From Gammaproteobacteria bacterium (GTDB lineage Bacteria; Pseudomonadota; Gammaproteobacteria; Natronospirales; JAJUFS01), in NCBI GenBank assembly GCA_036381175.1, contig DASVDI010000006.1, positions 47,237 through 111,236 on the forward strand: 64,000 nucleotides of DNA, in the 5' to 3' direction. The notes below the pieces were generated by a model, which was not told where the DNA came from, searched no databases, and worked only from the letters and a program-made list of their open reading frames with translations. Positions 28,252 to 38,080 of this stretch are shown in pieces. A program made the translations under genes and the position numbers. Positions within the stretch are counted from its first letter, which is position 1. Each line of letters starts with the position of its first letter.

Positions 28252-29547
28252 ATGAGCAACAAGCACTTCAAGCTTACGAATCCCGAAACCGGACAGGAGT
28301 CCGATCTGCCGTTGCTGGAAGGCGCGCTGGGTCCATCGACGCTGGACATCGGCAGCCTGTACAAGAATCACGGCGTGTTCACCTACGATCCCGGGTTCGG
28401 CGCCACGGCAAGCTGCCAGAGCGACATCACGTTCATCGACGGCGAGAAGGGCGTGCTCCTGTACCGCGGCTACCCGATCGAGCAGCTCGCGGTGGATTCG
28501 AATTTCCTCGAGGTTTCCTACCTGCTGCTGAACGGCGAACTGCCGGCGAAAGACGAGCTCGCCGTCTTCAGCAACGACATCGTCTATCACACGATGATCA
28601 ACGAATCGCTGCTGCGCTTTTTTCACGGCTTCCATTACGACGCACATCCGATGGCCATGCTGTCCGCTGTCGTCAGTTCGCTGTCGGCCTTCTATCATGG
28701 CAGCACGAACATCCGTGAGCCGGAAGACCGCGACTTGTTCGCCACCCGCATCATCGCCAAGATCCCGACCATTGCCGCGGCCGCCTACAAGCATTCCATC
28801 GGCCAGCCGTTCATCTACCCGCGCAACGATCTCGGCTACTGCGAAAACCTGCTGCGGATGTTCTTTGCGGTACCGGCAGAAGAATATGAAATCGATCCCG
28901 TGGCAGCAGAAGCGCTGGACCTGCTGTTCATCCTGCATGCCGATCACGAGCAGAATGCTTCAACCTCGACGGTTCGCCTCGCGGGATCGGCGGGCACGAA
29001 TCCGTACGCGGCTATTGCCGCGGGCGTTGCCACTTTGTGGGGACCGGCGCACGGCGGCGCGAACGAGGCGGTGCTGAAAATGCTGGATGAAATCGGCAGC
29101 GTGAAGAACATCGACAAGTACATCGACAAGGCGAAGGACAGGAACGATCCGTTCCGCCTGATGGGTTTCGGGCATCGCGTCTACAAGAACCATGATCCGC
29201 GCGCCACGATCATTCGCGACATGTGCTACAAGGTGCTGAAAAAACTCGGCAAGGAAAACGATCCGCAGCTGGAACTTGCGATGAAGCTGGAAGAAATCGC
29301 GCTCAAGGACGAATACTTCATCGAGAAGAAACTCTATCCGAACGTCGATTTCTACTCCGGCATCATCTATCGCGCGCTGGGCATTCCGGTGAGCATGTTC
29401 ACCGTGATGTTCGCGATCGCGCGCACGGTCGGCTGGGTCGCGCACTGGCAGGAAATGATTTCCGATCCGGCAATGCGCATCGGCCGGCCACGCCAGCTTT
29501 ATACCGGCGCCGGCAAGCGGGATTACGTGCCGCTTGAGAAGCGCTGA
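28252..29547 (+). CDS. gltA: citrate synthase (type II)
   Basis: 431 aa from MSNKHFKL. Contains motifs [11 protein letters not shown] and [14 protein letters not shown]. Confidence 0.95.
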   Translation: MSNKHFKLTNPETGQESDLPLLEGALGPSTLDIGSLYKNHGVFTYDPGFGATASCQSDITFIDGEKGVLLYRGYPIEQLAVDSNFLEVSYLLLNGELPAKDELAVFSNDIVYHTMINESLLRFFHGFHYDAHPMAMLSAVVSSLSAFYHGSTNIREPEDRDLFATRIIAKIPTIAAAAYKHSIGQPFIYPRNDLGYCENLLRMFFAVPAEEYEIDPVAAEALDLLFILHADHEQNASTSTVRLAGSAGTNPYAAIAAGVATLWGPAHGGANEAVLKMLDEIGSVKNIDKYIDKAKDRNDPFRLMGFGHRVYKNHDPRATIIRDMCYKVLKKLGKENDPQLELAMKLEEIALKDEYFIEKKLYPNVDFYSGIIYRALGIPVSMFTVMFAIARTVGWVAHWQEMISDPAMRIGRPRQLYTGAGKRDYVPLEKR

Positions 29548-29576
29548 TTGCCGACGCTGATATGCAGACACGAAAA

Positions 29577-29604
29577 AGCCGGGATTTCATCCCGGCTTTT
29601 TTTT
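29577..29604 (+). terminator. rho-independent terminator
   Basis: AGCCGGGA-5nt-TCCCGGCT followed by a T8 run. Confidence 0.85.
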
Positions 29605-29617
29605 CGCTTCCCGGTCT

Positions 29618-30232
29618 TCAGACCTCGTCCCGTAATGCCTCCACTTCCGCCAACCCCGCCCGTTTCATCGGCTTGCCGTCCACTGGCGATGCCGGCGCCT
29701 GGCGCACGCCTTCGACAGGAAACACGACCGCTTCAATCACGATGTCTCCCGCGACAAAACGGTAAGCGGGAAAATCCTGCTGCGTGCCATCCGTGAATCG
29801 AACACGTCGATCAGTGGTTTCAAAGGGAATGTCGCGGTCGATCAGGTGCATGACGATGCGTTCCGGCGCATCGGCAAACAGGTGCAATTGCACGGGTGAA
29901 TGACGGTTCGCATTGCCGTTGAGGACCGGCCCGACCAGGCGCGGCTGGAAATCGCTGAACAGGATCATGGCCTGACGGGCCGCATCGCGCAGCCGGCGCA
30001 GCATTTGCGGGTGGCTTTCAGCCTGGAACAGCCGCTGGTATTCCGCCACCGCCTGTTCGATTTCCTGGTTGGTGGGAAAGCCGCCATCGCGTTCGGAAAC
30101 GCCAAAACGCAGCGCGGCCTTGCGCTTGGCCTGCAGGTAATCGCGCACGCCGTCTTCGGCAATCAGGCGCGCGGCCTCATTGGCCAGCAGCCGGCGCATG
30201 TCCCCGCCGCGCCCCCAGCGATGTTTGCCCAT
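29618..30232 (-). CDS. hypothetical protein
   Basis: 204-aa ORF with coding-like composition. It is co-oriented with, and 18 bp downstream of, the PBP1A gene. I recognise no motif. Confidence 0.5.
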   Translation of the reverse strand: MGKHRWGRGGDMRRLLANEAARLIAEDGVRDYLQAKRKAALRFGVSERDGGFPTNQEIEQAVAEYQRLFQAESHPQMLRRLRDAARQAMILFSDFQPRLVGPVLNGNANRHSPVQLHLFADAPERIVMHLIDRDIPFETTDRRVRFTDGTQQDFPAYRFVAGDIVIEAVVFPVEGVRQAPASPVDGKPMKRAGLAEVEALRDEV

Positions 30233-30250
30233 GCCTACCTCAAGAGATGA

Positions 30251-32845
30251 CTAGAACAGGCTCTGCTCGGTGTCGTCCTCGCCGTCTTCGCCGTTCTCGC
30301 GCACGATTGCCGGCTGTTCCGGCGGCACTGTGCCTTCGACAAAGGTTTCGAAGATGGCGTCAGGATTGCCGGCGCCCGCCAGTAATCCGGTTTCAGGATC
30401 GATCCTGACGGTCACAAGACCGGGTGGGCGCTCGTGGTAAACCTCGGGCGTGCCCGCGAGTGCGACGCGCATGTAGTTGATCCACGCCGGCAGCGCCGCG
30501 CGTCCGCCGTATTCGCCACTGCCCAGCGTGGAGAAGTCGTCGAAGCCGATCCAGACAGTGGTGACGATTTCCGGATTGAATCCGGAGAACCAGGCGTCAC
30601 GATATTCGTTCGTCGTGCCCGTCTTGCCAGAAATGTCCTCGCGTCCGAGCACCCGTGCACGACGACCGGTGCCGCGCTGGATAACATCGCGCATCATGTC
30701 CGCGATCAGGTAATTGACCGGCGCGGATTGCACTCTTTCGGCGATGCGCGGTTCGCGGCGCTCGATCATGCCGGCGAAGGCCGCGTCATTCAGCGGCAGC
30801 GCCACCGCTACCGGTTCTTCGCCCGGTGATTCCGGCAATGGCGACGATTCAGTGATGGCTTCGCCGTCCACGGCGACGTCAGCCGCCGCGAGCTCCGTTT
30901 CCACGACTTCGCACTCGGGGCAGACAATTGCGGGATCCGCGCGAAAAATCGTCTTGCCGCCCGGGCCGATGATTTCGTCGATGTAATACGGCTGAACGCG
31001 ATACCCGCCGTTCGCGATGACTGTGTACGCCGACGCCATTTCCATGGGCGAATACGCGCCACTGCCCAAGGCCAGCGAAAGATTGCGCGGCAGGCGTTCG
31101 CGATCAAAACCATAGGTGCTTGAGAGGTAGTCGATCGCGTTGCCGATGCCCATGGTCTGCAGCACGCGAATGGAAACGAGATTGCGCGAGTTCACGAGCG
31201 CCTCACGAAACCGCGTCGGCCCGTAGAAGCGGCCGGAGTCGTTCTGCGGACGCCAGACGTCTTCCAGTTCCTCGTCGGCGAACACGACGGGGGCATCGTT
31301 CACGATGGTCGCCGGCGTGAAGCCGTTGGCGAGCGCGGCGGAATAGATGAACGGCTTGAACGATGAGCCGGGCTGGCGGCGGGCCTGCACGGCGCGGTTG
31401 TACTTGCTGTAGAAGAAATCATAGCCGCCGACCAACGCGACGACCGCGCCGTCTTCCGGGTCCAGTGACACCAGCGCGCCCTGCACTTCGGGAATCTGGG
31501 CAAGACGCCAGCCGGCTTCATTGTTGATGTCCGCGTTAACACCGGTTTCATCGTCTGCTTCGGATTCGATCTTCGCGGCAACTTCAGGATCGCGCAGCAC
31601 ATAAATGATGTCGCCGACCGCAAGCACATCAGCAGGCATTTCGGGCGCGGGGCCAGTCTGGCGCAAATCCTGCGCGGGCGCCGCCCATTCGAGTCCGGCC
31701 ATCCCGATCTCGATCGGCCCGACTTCGCGCACGAAAACGCGCGCGACAGTGTCAGTCAATTCCATGACAACCGCCGTTTGCAGGTTCCCAGGCTCGCGGA
31801 AGTCGCCGACGACGGCATCGAAGTCTTCGGCCAATGTTTCGGCATCAAAGCTCTCTGGCTCAAGATGACCGATCGGTCCGCGGTAGCCGTAGCGCAGGTC
31901 GTATTCCTGCAAGGCATCACGAATGGACTGGTTGGCGGCTTTCTGCAGGCGGCTGTCGAGCGTGGTAATCACGCGGTAACCGTCCGTGTAGGCCGCCTCC
32001 TCGCCAACGCGCGCAACCAGATCCGCACGCACCAGCTCGCCGACGTAGTACGCGTCCACCTCGGAGACCACACCGTGATAGGACGCCGTGACCGGCGCGG
32101 CCATGGCTTCGTCGTAGGCCGCGCTGTCGATGTAACCCAGCTCCAGCATGCGGCCGAGCACGTAGGCCCGGCGGATCAGCGCGCGCTCGGGATCGGCGAT
32201 CGGGTTGTATTTCGACGGCGCCTTCGGAATGGTGGCCAACATCGCCATCTGCGCCAGGTTCAACTGGTTCAATGGCTTGCCGTAATAGATTTCGGAGGCA
32301 GCACCAAAACCGTAGGCGCGATTGCCGAGATAGATCTTGTTGAGATACAGCTCGAGGATCTCGTCCTTGGTCAGCTCCTGCTCGATCTTTATGGACAGGA
32401 ACGCCTCGCGAATCTTGCGGGTCCAGGTCTGATCGAAACTCAGGAAGAAGTTGCGCGCGACTTGCTGGGTGATCGTCGACGCGCCGCCGACGATCTCGCC
32501 GGCGAGCACGTTGTTTACCGCCGCGCGGGCGATGCCGAATACGTCGATTCCCGGATGCTGGTAGAAGCGGTCATCCTCGGCCGCGAGGATCGCGTGCTCG
32601 AGCGGGTCCGGAACCTCCTCAAGGGTCAGCGGGACGCGGCGCTGTTCACCATATTCCGCGATCAGGCGGCCATCGCGCGTGTATATCCGCAGCGGCACCT
32701 GCAACTGGACATCCTTCAGCGCCTGGGCATCGGGCAATCCTGGCGCGAAATACACGTAGGCACCGAGCACAGTCACGATGCCGAGTACCAGCAAGGTCAG
32801 CCCGCCGGCGGCGGCATATAAGAGGAGTCGAAGTTTGCGGGACAT
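30251..32845 (-). CDS. mrcA: penicillin-binding protein 1A (bifunctional glycosyltransferase/transpeptidase)
   Basis: 864 aa. N-terminal TM anchor, GT51 motifs (EDDRFYQHPGID, GASTITQQ, RKIRE) and transpeptidase motifs SSFKP and KTGTT. Divergent from pilM, as in Pseudomonas. Confidence 0.95.
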   Translation of the reverse strand: MSRKLRLLLYAAAGGLTLLVLGIVTVLGAYVYFAPGLPDAQALKDVQLQVPLRIYTRDGRLIAEYGEQRRVPLTLEEVPDPLEHAILAAEDDRFYQHPGIDVFGIARAAVNNVLAGEIVGGASTITQQVARNFFLSFDQTWTRKIREAFLSIKIEQELTKDEILELYLNKIYLGNRAYGFGAASEIYYGKPLNQLNLAQMAMLATIPKAPSKYNPIADPERALIRRAYVLGRMLELGYIDSAAYDEAMAAPVTASYHGVVSEVDAYYVGELVRADLVARVGEEAAYTDGYRVITTLDSRLQKAANQSIRDALQEYDLRYGYRGPIGHLEPESFDAETLAEDFDAVVGDFREPGNLQTAVVMELTDTVARVFVREVGPIEIGMAGLEWAAPAQDLRQTGPAPEMPADVLAVGDIIYVLRDPEVAAKIESEADDETGVNADINNEAGWRLAQIPEVQGALVSLDPEDGAVVALVGGYDFFYSKYNRAVQARRQPGSSFKPFIYSAALANGFTPATIVNDAPVVFADEELEDVWRPQNDSGRFYGPTRFREALVNSRNLVSIRVLQTMGIGNAIDYLSSTYGFDRERLPRNLSLALGSGAYSPMEMASAYTVIANGGYRVQPYYIDEIIGPGGKTIFRADPAIVCPECEVVETELAAADVAVDGEAITESSPLPESPGEEPVAVALPLNDAAFAGMIERREPRIAERVQSAPVNYLIADMMRDVIQRGTGRRARVLGREDISGKTGTTNEYRDAWFSGFNPEIVTTVWIGFDDFSTLGSGEYGGRAALPAWINYMRVALAGTPEVYHERPPGLVTVRIDPETGLLAGAGNPDAIFETFVEGTVPPEQPAIVRENGEDGEDDTEQSLF

Positions 32846-33045
32846 GGTTCTCTGAGAGCTTATGAACGATCGGACCGGCGAAACAGGCGCGCGGAAAACA
32901 CGAGGTCCGCATTATACGACCCGTGTCTCAGTCCTACGAGGGTCTTATTTGATTTAGCCATTTATTGATATATAGTTGAAACTGGTAGTTAAGGCTCTGG
33001 ACGATGTATTCGTCCCAACTAGCCGTTAGAAAAAGGAAAAATGCC

Positions 33046-34107
33046 GTGCTGTTCAAGCCGAAGGCAAAGCCGAAACTGGGGGTGGATCTCTCTACATCCT
33101 CCGTGAAGCTGATCGAAATCAGCCGCTCCGGCGACTCCTACAAGGTGGAGACGTACGCGGCCGAGCCGATGCCGCCGAACGCGATCGTGGACAAGGTGAT
33201 CCAGGATGTCGAAGCGGTAGGTGACGCCATCCGCAAGGCCACCAAGCGCGCCGGCTCCCGGGTCAAGGACGCGGCGGTTGCCATCGGCGGCGCATCCGTC
33301 ATTACCAAGATCATTCCCATGCCCGCGACCCTGCCCGACCAGGAACTGGGCGAGCAGATCGAGTTGCAGGCCGACCAGTACATCCCCTTCCCGCTGGAAG
33401 AGGTCAGTTTCGATTACGAAATTCTCGGCCCTTCGACACATGATCCCGAAATGGTGGACGTATTGCTCGCCGCGACGCGTCGAGAGAACGTCGAGGCGCG
33501 GCAAGCGGCGCTTGAAATCGGCGGATTGAACCCGAAAGTCGTCGATATTGAGGCGTATGCCCTCGAAAACGCCTGCCGGCTGCTGACCTACCAGATGCCG
33601 GATGAAGGTCTGGACAAGACGATCGGTGTCGTCGATTTCGGCGCCACCACCACCACCTTCAGTGTGCTGCACGACCGCAGGATCATTTACACGCGTGACC
33701 AGGCCTTCGGCGGCAAACAGCTCACCGAGGAAATCATGCGCCACTACGGCCTTTCCTTCGAGGAAGCCGGCAAGGCCAAGCGCGAGGGCGGGCTGCCTTC
33801 CAACTACCAGCCCGAAATTCTCGATCCCTTCCTGGAAGACATGGCACAGCAGGTCAACCGCTCGATCCAGTTTTTCCTCTCTTCCCAGAGCGAATTCGGC
33901 GAACTCGACCAGATCGTGATCTGCGGCGGCTGCGGCGCCATTCCTGGTGCTGCGGAGCACATTGCCGAGCGTGTCGGCACGGAGGCCGTGGTCGGCGATC
34001 CGCTGGGACAGATGAAGCTGTCCTCCAAGGCCAAGGCCCAGCTGGTGGAAAGCGACGCGGCGGCGTTGATCCTCGCCTGCGGGCTGGCAATGAGGAGCTT
34101 CGACTGA
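33046..34107 (+). CDS. pilM: type IV pilus assembly protein PilM
   Basis: Actin-like ATPase fold. LGVDLSTSSVKLIEISRSG aligns with the PilM N-terminus. GTG at 33046 follows an AGGAAA RBS. The alternative ATG at 33004 would add 14 aa. Confidence 0.9.
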   Translation: MLFKPKAKPKLGVDLSTSSVKLIEISRSGDSYKVETYAAEPMPPNAIVDKVIQDVEAVGDAIRKATKRAGSRVKDAAVAIGGASVITKIIPMPATLPDQELGEQIELQADQYIPFPLEEVSFDYEILGPSTHDPEMVDVLLAATRRENVEARQAALEIGGLNPKVVDIEAYALENACRLLTYQMPDEGLDKTIGVVDFGATTTTFSVLHDRRIIYTRDQAFGGKQLTEEIMRHYGLSFEEAGKAKREGGLPSNYQPEILDPFLEDMAQQVNRSIQFFLSSQSEFGELDQIVICGGCGAIPGAAEHIAERVGTEAVVGDPLGQMKLSSKAKAQLVESDAAALILACGLAMRSFD

Positions 34108-34108
34108 C

Positions 34109-34675
34109 ATGCCACGTATCAACCTACTCCCCTGGCGCGAGGAACGGCGCCGCGAACGCCAGCAGCAGTTCCTTGTCCAGCTCGGCTTGACGGTCGCGCT
34201 CGGCGCGACAGTGGTGTTCGCCGCCAACCTGCACGTGGGGCAGCTCGTCAGCCACCAGGAAGCGCGCAACGCCTACCTGAATTCCGAGATCGCGATCGTC
34301 GACAAGAAGATCGAGGAGATCAAGACGCTGCAATCGACGAAACAGGCGCTGATTGCGCGCATGCAGGTCATCGAGCGCCTCCAGAAGAGCCGCCCACAGA
34401 TCGTGCACCTGTTTGACGAACTGGCAAGAACACTGCCGAACGGCGTTTACCTGACGTCGATCAAGCAGACCGGTGACACCCTGGAAATCAAGGGCACCGC
34501 CGAGTCGGGCGCGCGAATCGCCGCCTACATGCGCAACATCGAAGAATCGCCATGGCTCAAGGATCCGAAACTCGGTCCCATCCAGAGCACCGCGGAAGGC
34601 CGCTTCCGCCGCAGCGAGTTCTCCCTGACGGCGAAACAGGAATCCCCGCACGACGATGAAGAGGCGGAGGAGTAA
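34109..34675 (+). CDS. pilN: type IV pilus assembly protein PilN
   Basis: MPRINLLPWRE N-terminus followed by a single TM segment. Confidence 0.9.
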   Translation: MPRINLLPWREERRRERQQQFLVQLGLTVALGATVVFAANLHVGQLVSHQEARNAYLNSEIAIVDKKIEEIKTLQSTKQALIARMQVIERLQKSRPQIVHLFDELARTLPNGVYLTSIKQTGDTLEIKGTAESGARIAAYMRNIEESPWLKDPKLGPIQSTAEGRFRRSEFSLTAKQESPHDDEEAEE

Positions 34676-34677
34676 TC

Positions 34678-35307
34678 ATGGACTGGAACGAACTGAAGAA
34701 TTTCGATTTCAACAATCTCGATACCAACAACATCGGGAGCTGGCCAACGCCCATCAAGGTCATCGTCCTCGTCCTCGTGTTCGTCGCGGTACTCGGGCTC
34801 GGCTACAAATTCATGATCACAGAACAGTTGGCGGCACTCGATCGCGCCAAGCAGGAAGAACAGACACTGCGTACCCAGTTTTCCGGGAAACAGTCGCGCG
34901 CGGCCAACCTCGATGCCTACAAGGCGCAGCTTGAAGAGATGCGCCGTTCGTTCGGCGCCATGCTGCGGCAACTGCCGGGTGAAACGGAAATCGACACCTT
35001 GCTGGTCGATATTTCTCAGGCGGGACTCGCAACCGGACTGCACCAGGAACTGTTCTCGCCGCAGAACGAGGTCATGCGGGATTTCTACGCGGAAGTCCCC
35101 ATCGAGATCGTTCTTACCGGCAATTATCACCAGTTCGGTGAATTCGCGAGCGCGGTCGCCGCATTGCCGCGCATCGTCACGCTGCATGACATCAGCATCA
35201 CTCGCCAGGGCGGATCACCAGAGCTCACCATGAGCGTCGTTGCGAAAACCTATCGCTATCTCGAAGACGGTGAAGCCGAGGGCACGGCAGGGAGCGCGAT
35301 GAAATGA
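34678..35307 (+). CDS. pilO: type IV pilus assembly protein PilO
   Basis: Position in the operon, a single TM segment, a coiled coil and a ferredoxin-like C-terminal domain. Confidence 0.85.
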   Translation: MDWNELKNFDFNNLDTNNIGSWPTPIKVIVLVLVFVAVLGLGYKFMITEQLAALDRAKQEEQTLRTQFSGKQSRAANLDAYKAQLEEMRRSFGAMLRQLPGETEIDTLLVDISQAGLATGLHQELFSPQNEVMRDFYAEVPIEIVLTGNYHQFGEFASAVAALPRIVTLHDISITRQGGSPELTMSVVAKTYRYLEDGEAEGTAGSAMK

Positions 35308-35879
35308 AACGTTCCTGCCGAATCTCCAGCCGCTTCGCCGGTCTTGAAAACCGCGGCCTCATCATTTTCCTCCTGGTGTTGTCGCTCTCCGGCTGTGCGG
35401 GCGACATTTCCGACTTGCGGGAATTCGTCGAGCAGGAAAAAGCCCGGCCACCCGGCCCCATCGAGCCGCTGCCGCAGATCCAGCCTTACGAAACCTTCAC
35501 CTACCAGGCACAGGATGTCCGCTCGCCGTTCCAGCCGGATGAAAGCTCGGGTGCAACCACCGCGGAACGCGGGACAGGCTCGGGCTCCGGTATTCAGCCG
35601 GATTTCAACCGCAACCGGGAATACCTGGAACAGTTTCCGCTGGATACCTTGTCCATGGTGGGCACGATTACCGCGAACAATCAGAAATTTGCCCTGGTCG
35701 CCGATCCCGACGGCGCCGTACACCGGGTACAGGTGGGAAATTACCTCGGCCAGAACCACGGCAAGATCATCGAGATCAACGACATGCAAATAACAATCAC
35801 AGAAATTGTCCCGGATGGATTGGGCGGCTGGATAGAAAACCAGGCAGCCATCGCAGCCGATGCGCAGGCCGGGGAGTAA
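35304..35879 (+). CDS. pilP: type IV pilus assembly lipoprotein PilP
   Basis: Lipobox LSLSGC. The C-terminal beta-domain motif (LVGTI...ALV..PDG....V.VG.YLG.N.G.I..I) matches PilP. Confidence 0.85.
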   Translation: MKRSCRISSRFAGLENRGLIIFLLVLSLSGCAGDISDLREFVEQEKARPPGPIEPLPQIQPYETFTYQAQDVRSPFQPDESSGATTAERGTGSGSGIQPDFNRNREYLEQFPLDTLSMVGTITANNQKFALVADPDGAVHRVQVGNYLGQNHGKIIEINDMQITITEIVPDGLGGWIENQAAIAADAQAGE

Positions 35880-35884
35880 GGATC

Positions 35885-38038
35885 ATGAGCATGAAGAACA
35901 CTCACGAACGCACGCCACGCCTGCTGTTGGCAGTCAGCATGGCGATGACCGCAACCCTGGTCATGGCTTTCCAGCCGGCATACGCCCAGCGAGGTTCGAA
36001 CGCGCTTGAAGCGATCGACGTGGCGGCGCTGCCCGGCAACCAGGTGCAGTTGCGTTTGCGCATGAGCGAGCCGGCCCCGGAACCCCAGACCTTCAGCACG
36101 GACAACCCGCCGCGTATCGCGATCGATCTCCCGGACACCTATTGGGCCGCCGAAAGCCGTCGCACCGATGTCAGCATTGGCCCCGTTCGCAGCGTCATGG
36201 GAGCGGAATCGCAGGGCCGGGTTCGCCTGGTCGTGAACCTTTCCGACATGGTCGACTACGCCACGCGCGTTGAAGGCAACACGATTCTTGTCACGCTGGG
36301 CGGGGGCCTGGTGGCAACGCCGATGGCGCCTGTCGCGGCCGCCAAATCGCAGGAACCGACTCCGCCTCCCGGCAAGGAAGGCAGCGTGCCGCGCGAGCCC
36401 GCCATCGAAAGCATCGACTTCCGGCGCGGCCCGAATGGTGAAGGACGCGTTGTCGTCGATCTCACCAGTCCGCGCACAGCGGTTGACCTGAAACAGGAAG
36501 GCGATCAGATCGTTCTCGAACTGAAGAACGTCCAGGTGCCCGATGCGCTGGTGCAACGTTACGACGTGACGGATTTCGCCACGCCGGTCACGACAGTGGA
36601 TACCTTGCGGCGTGGACGCGACGCACGCGTCATCGTCAGCACCGCCGGCGAATACGAACAGCTCGCCTATCAGATGGACGATCAGTTCATCCTGGAAATC
36701 AAGCCCGTCGAGGAAGAAGAAGTCGCAGAAGCGAACCGGGAAAAGGAATATACCGGTGAGCGTCTCACGCTGAATTTCCAGGACCTGGAAGTGCGCGCCT
36801 TCTTCTCCATCATCGCCGACTTGACGGGCATGAATGTCGTCGTCAGCGATTCGGTGACCGGTAACATCACATTGCGTTTGCAGAACGTGCCGTGGGACCA
36901 GGCCGTTGACATCGTGTTGCGGACCAAGGGCCTCGCGATGCGGCAGAACGGCAACGTGATGCTGGTCGCGCCGGCGCAGGAACTCGCGGCAATGGAACGC
37001 ATGGAGCTCGAATCGCGGGCGCAGATCCAGGAACTGGAGCCATTGCGTTCGGAATTCATCCAGGTGAACTATGCCAAGGCAGCCGATCTCGCCGCGCTCA
37101 TTGAAGGCAGCGAAGATGCATCGATTCTTTCCGAGCGCGGTTCGGTGACCCTCGACGAGCGCACCAATACCCTGCTCGTCCGCGACACTGCCGAACGCCT
37201 CGCCAATATTCGCCAGCTGGTGCAGACGCTCGACATCCCGGTCCAGCAGGTGCTGATCGAATCGCGCATCGTCATTGCCAACGAGGATTTCAACAAGGAA
37301 CTGGGCATTCGTCTCGGCTACACGAATTACAACCTCACTCCCGATGCCGATGAATGGGCGCTGACCTCCGGCTCCACCAGCCAGAACCTCGGTCTCGTTG
37401 AAGACATTTCGCAGGGCAATGCGCTCGAGTTCCTCGACCCGAACCGCTACAACGTGAACATGCCGGTAACCAGCCCGGCAGGCTCCATCGCCTTTGCCGT
37501 GCTCGGCAATTCCTACCTGGTTGACCTCGAACTTTCCGCCCTGCAGGCGGAAGGCCGCGGCGAAGTCGTTTCCTCGCCGCGAATCGTGACGGCGAACCAG
37601 CACGAAGCCATGATCCAGCAGGGTGTCGAACTTCCCTACCAGGAAGCCTCGGCCAGCGGCGCCACCACCACACAGTTCAAGGACGCCGTGCTGGAATTGC
37701 GGGTCACGCCACAGATCACGCCGGACGATCGCATCATCCTTGATCTTGCGGTCAAGAAGGACAACCTGGGCGAAAACGTGGCCACCCCGACCGGCTTCAT
37801 TCCGACCATCGACACCCGCGAACTGACGACACAGGTGCTGGTCAACAACGGCGACACCGTCGTGCTCGGTGGCGTTTATGAAACCACGCGCACCCAGTCG
37901 GTCCAGAAGGTGCCGCTGCTGGGCGACATACCGGTCATCGGCGCGCTGTTTCGCAGCAAACAGCAAGTGGCCGACAAGCGCGAACTCCTGGTGTTCATTA
38001 CGCCCAAGATCCTCGATGAAGACCTGAACATCGACTGA
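35885..38038 (+). CDS. pilQ: type IV pilus secretin PilQ
   Basis: 717 aa. AMIN-type N-terminal repeats, N0/N1 domains and a secretin C-domain (VPLLGDIPVIGALFR). Confidence 0.95.
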   Translation: MSMKNTHERTPRLLLAVSMAMTATLVMAFQPAYAQRGSNALEAIDVAALPGNQVQLRLRMSEPAPEPQTFSTDNPPRIAIDLPDTYWAAESRRTDVSIGPVRSVMGAESQGRVRLVVNLSDMVDYATRVEGNTILVTLGGGLVATPMAPVAAAKSQEPTPPPGKEGSVPREPAIESIDFRRGPNGEGRVVVDLTSPRTAVDLKQEGDQIVLELKNVQVPDALVQRYDVTDFATPVTTVDTLRRGRDARVIVSTAGEYEQLAYQMDDQFILEIKPVEEEEVAEANREKEYTGERLTLNFQDLEVRAFFSIIADLTGMNVVVSDSVTGNITLRLQNVPWDQAVDIVLRTKGLAMRQNGNVMLVAPAQELAAMERMELESRAQIQELEPLRSEFIQVNYAKAADLAALIEGSEDASILSERGSVTLDERTNTLLVRDTAERLANIRQLVQTLDIPVQQVLIESRIVIANEDFNKELGIRLGYTNYNLTPDADEWALTSGSTSQNLGLVEDISQGNALEFLDPNRYNVNMPVTSPAGSIAFAVLGNSYLVDLELSALQAEGRGEVVSSPRIVTANQHEAMIQQGVELPYQEASASGATTTQFKDAVLELRVTPQITPDDRIILDLAVKKDNLGENVATPTGFIPTIDTRELTTQVLVNNGDTVVLGGVYETTRTQSVQKVPLLGDIPVIGALFRSKQQVADKRELLVFITPKILDEDLNID

Positions 38039-38080
38039 TCCCGCACGGTGATGAATATGAGAAATGACGGAGCAACACTG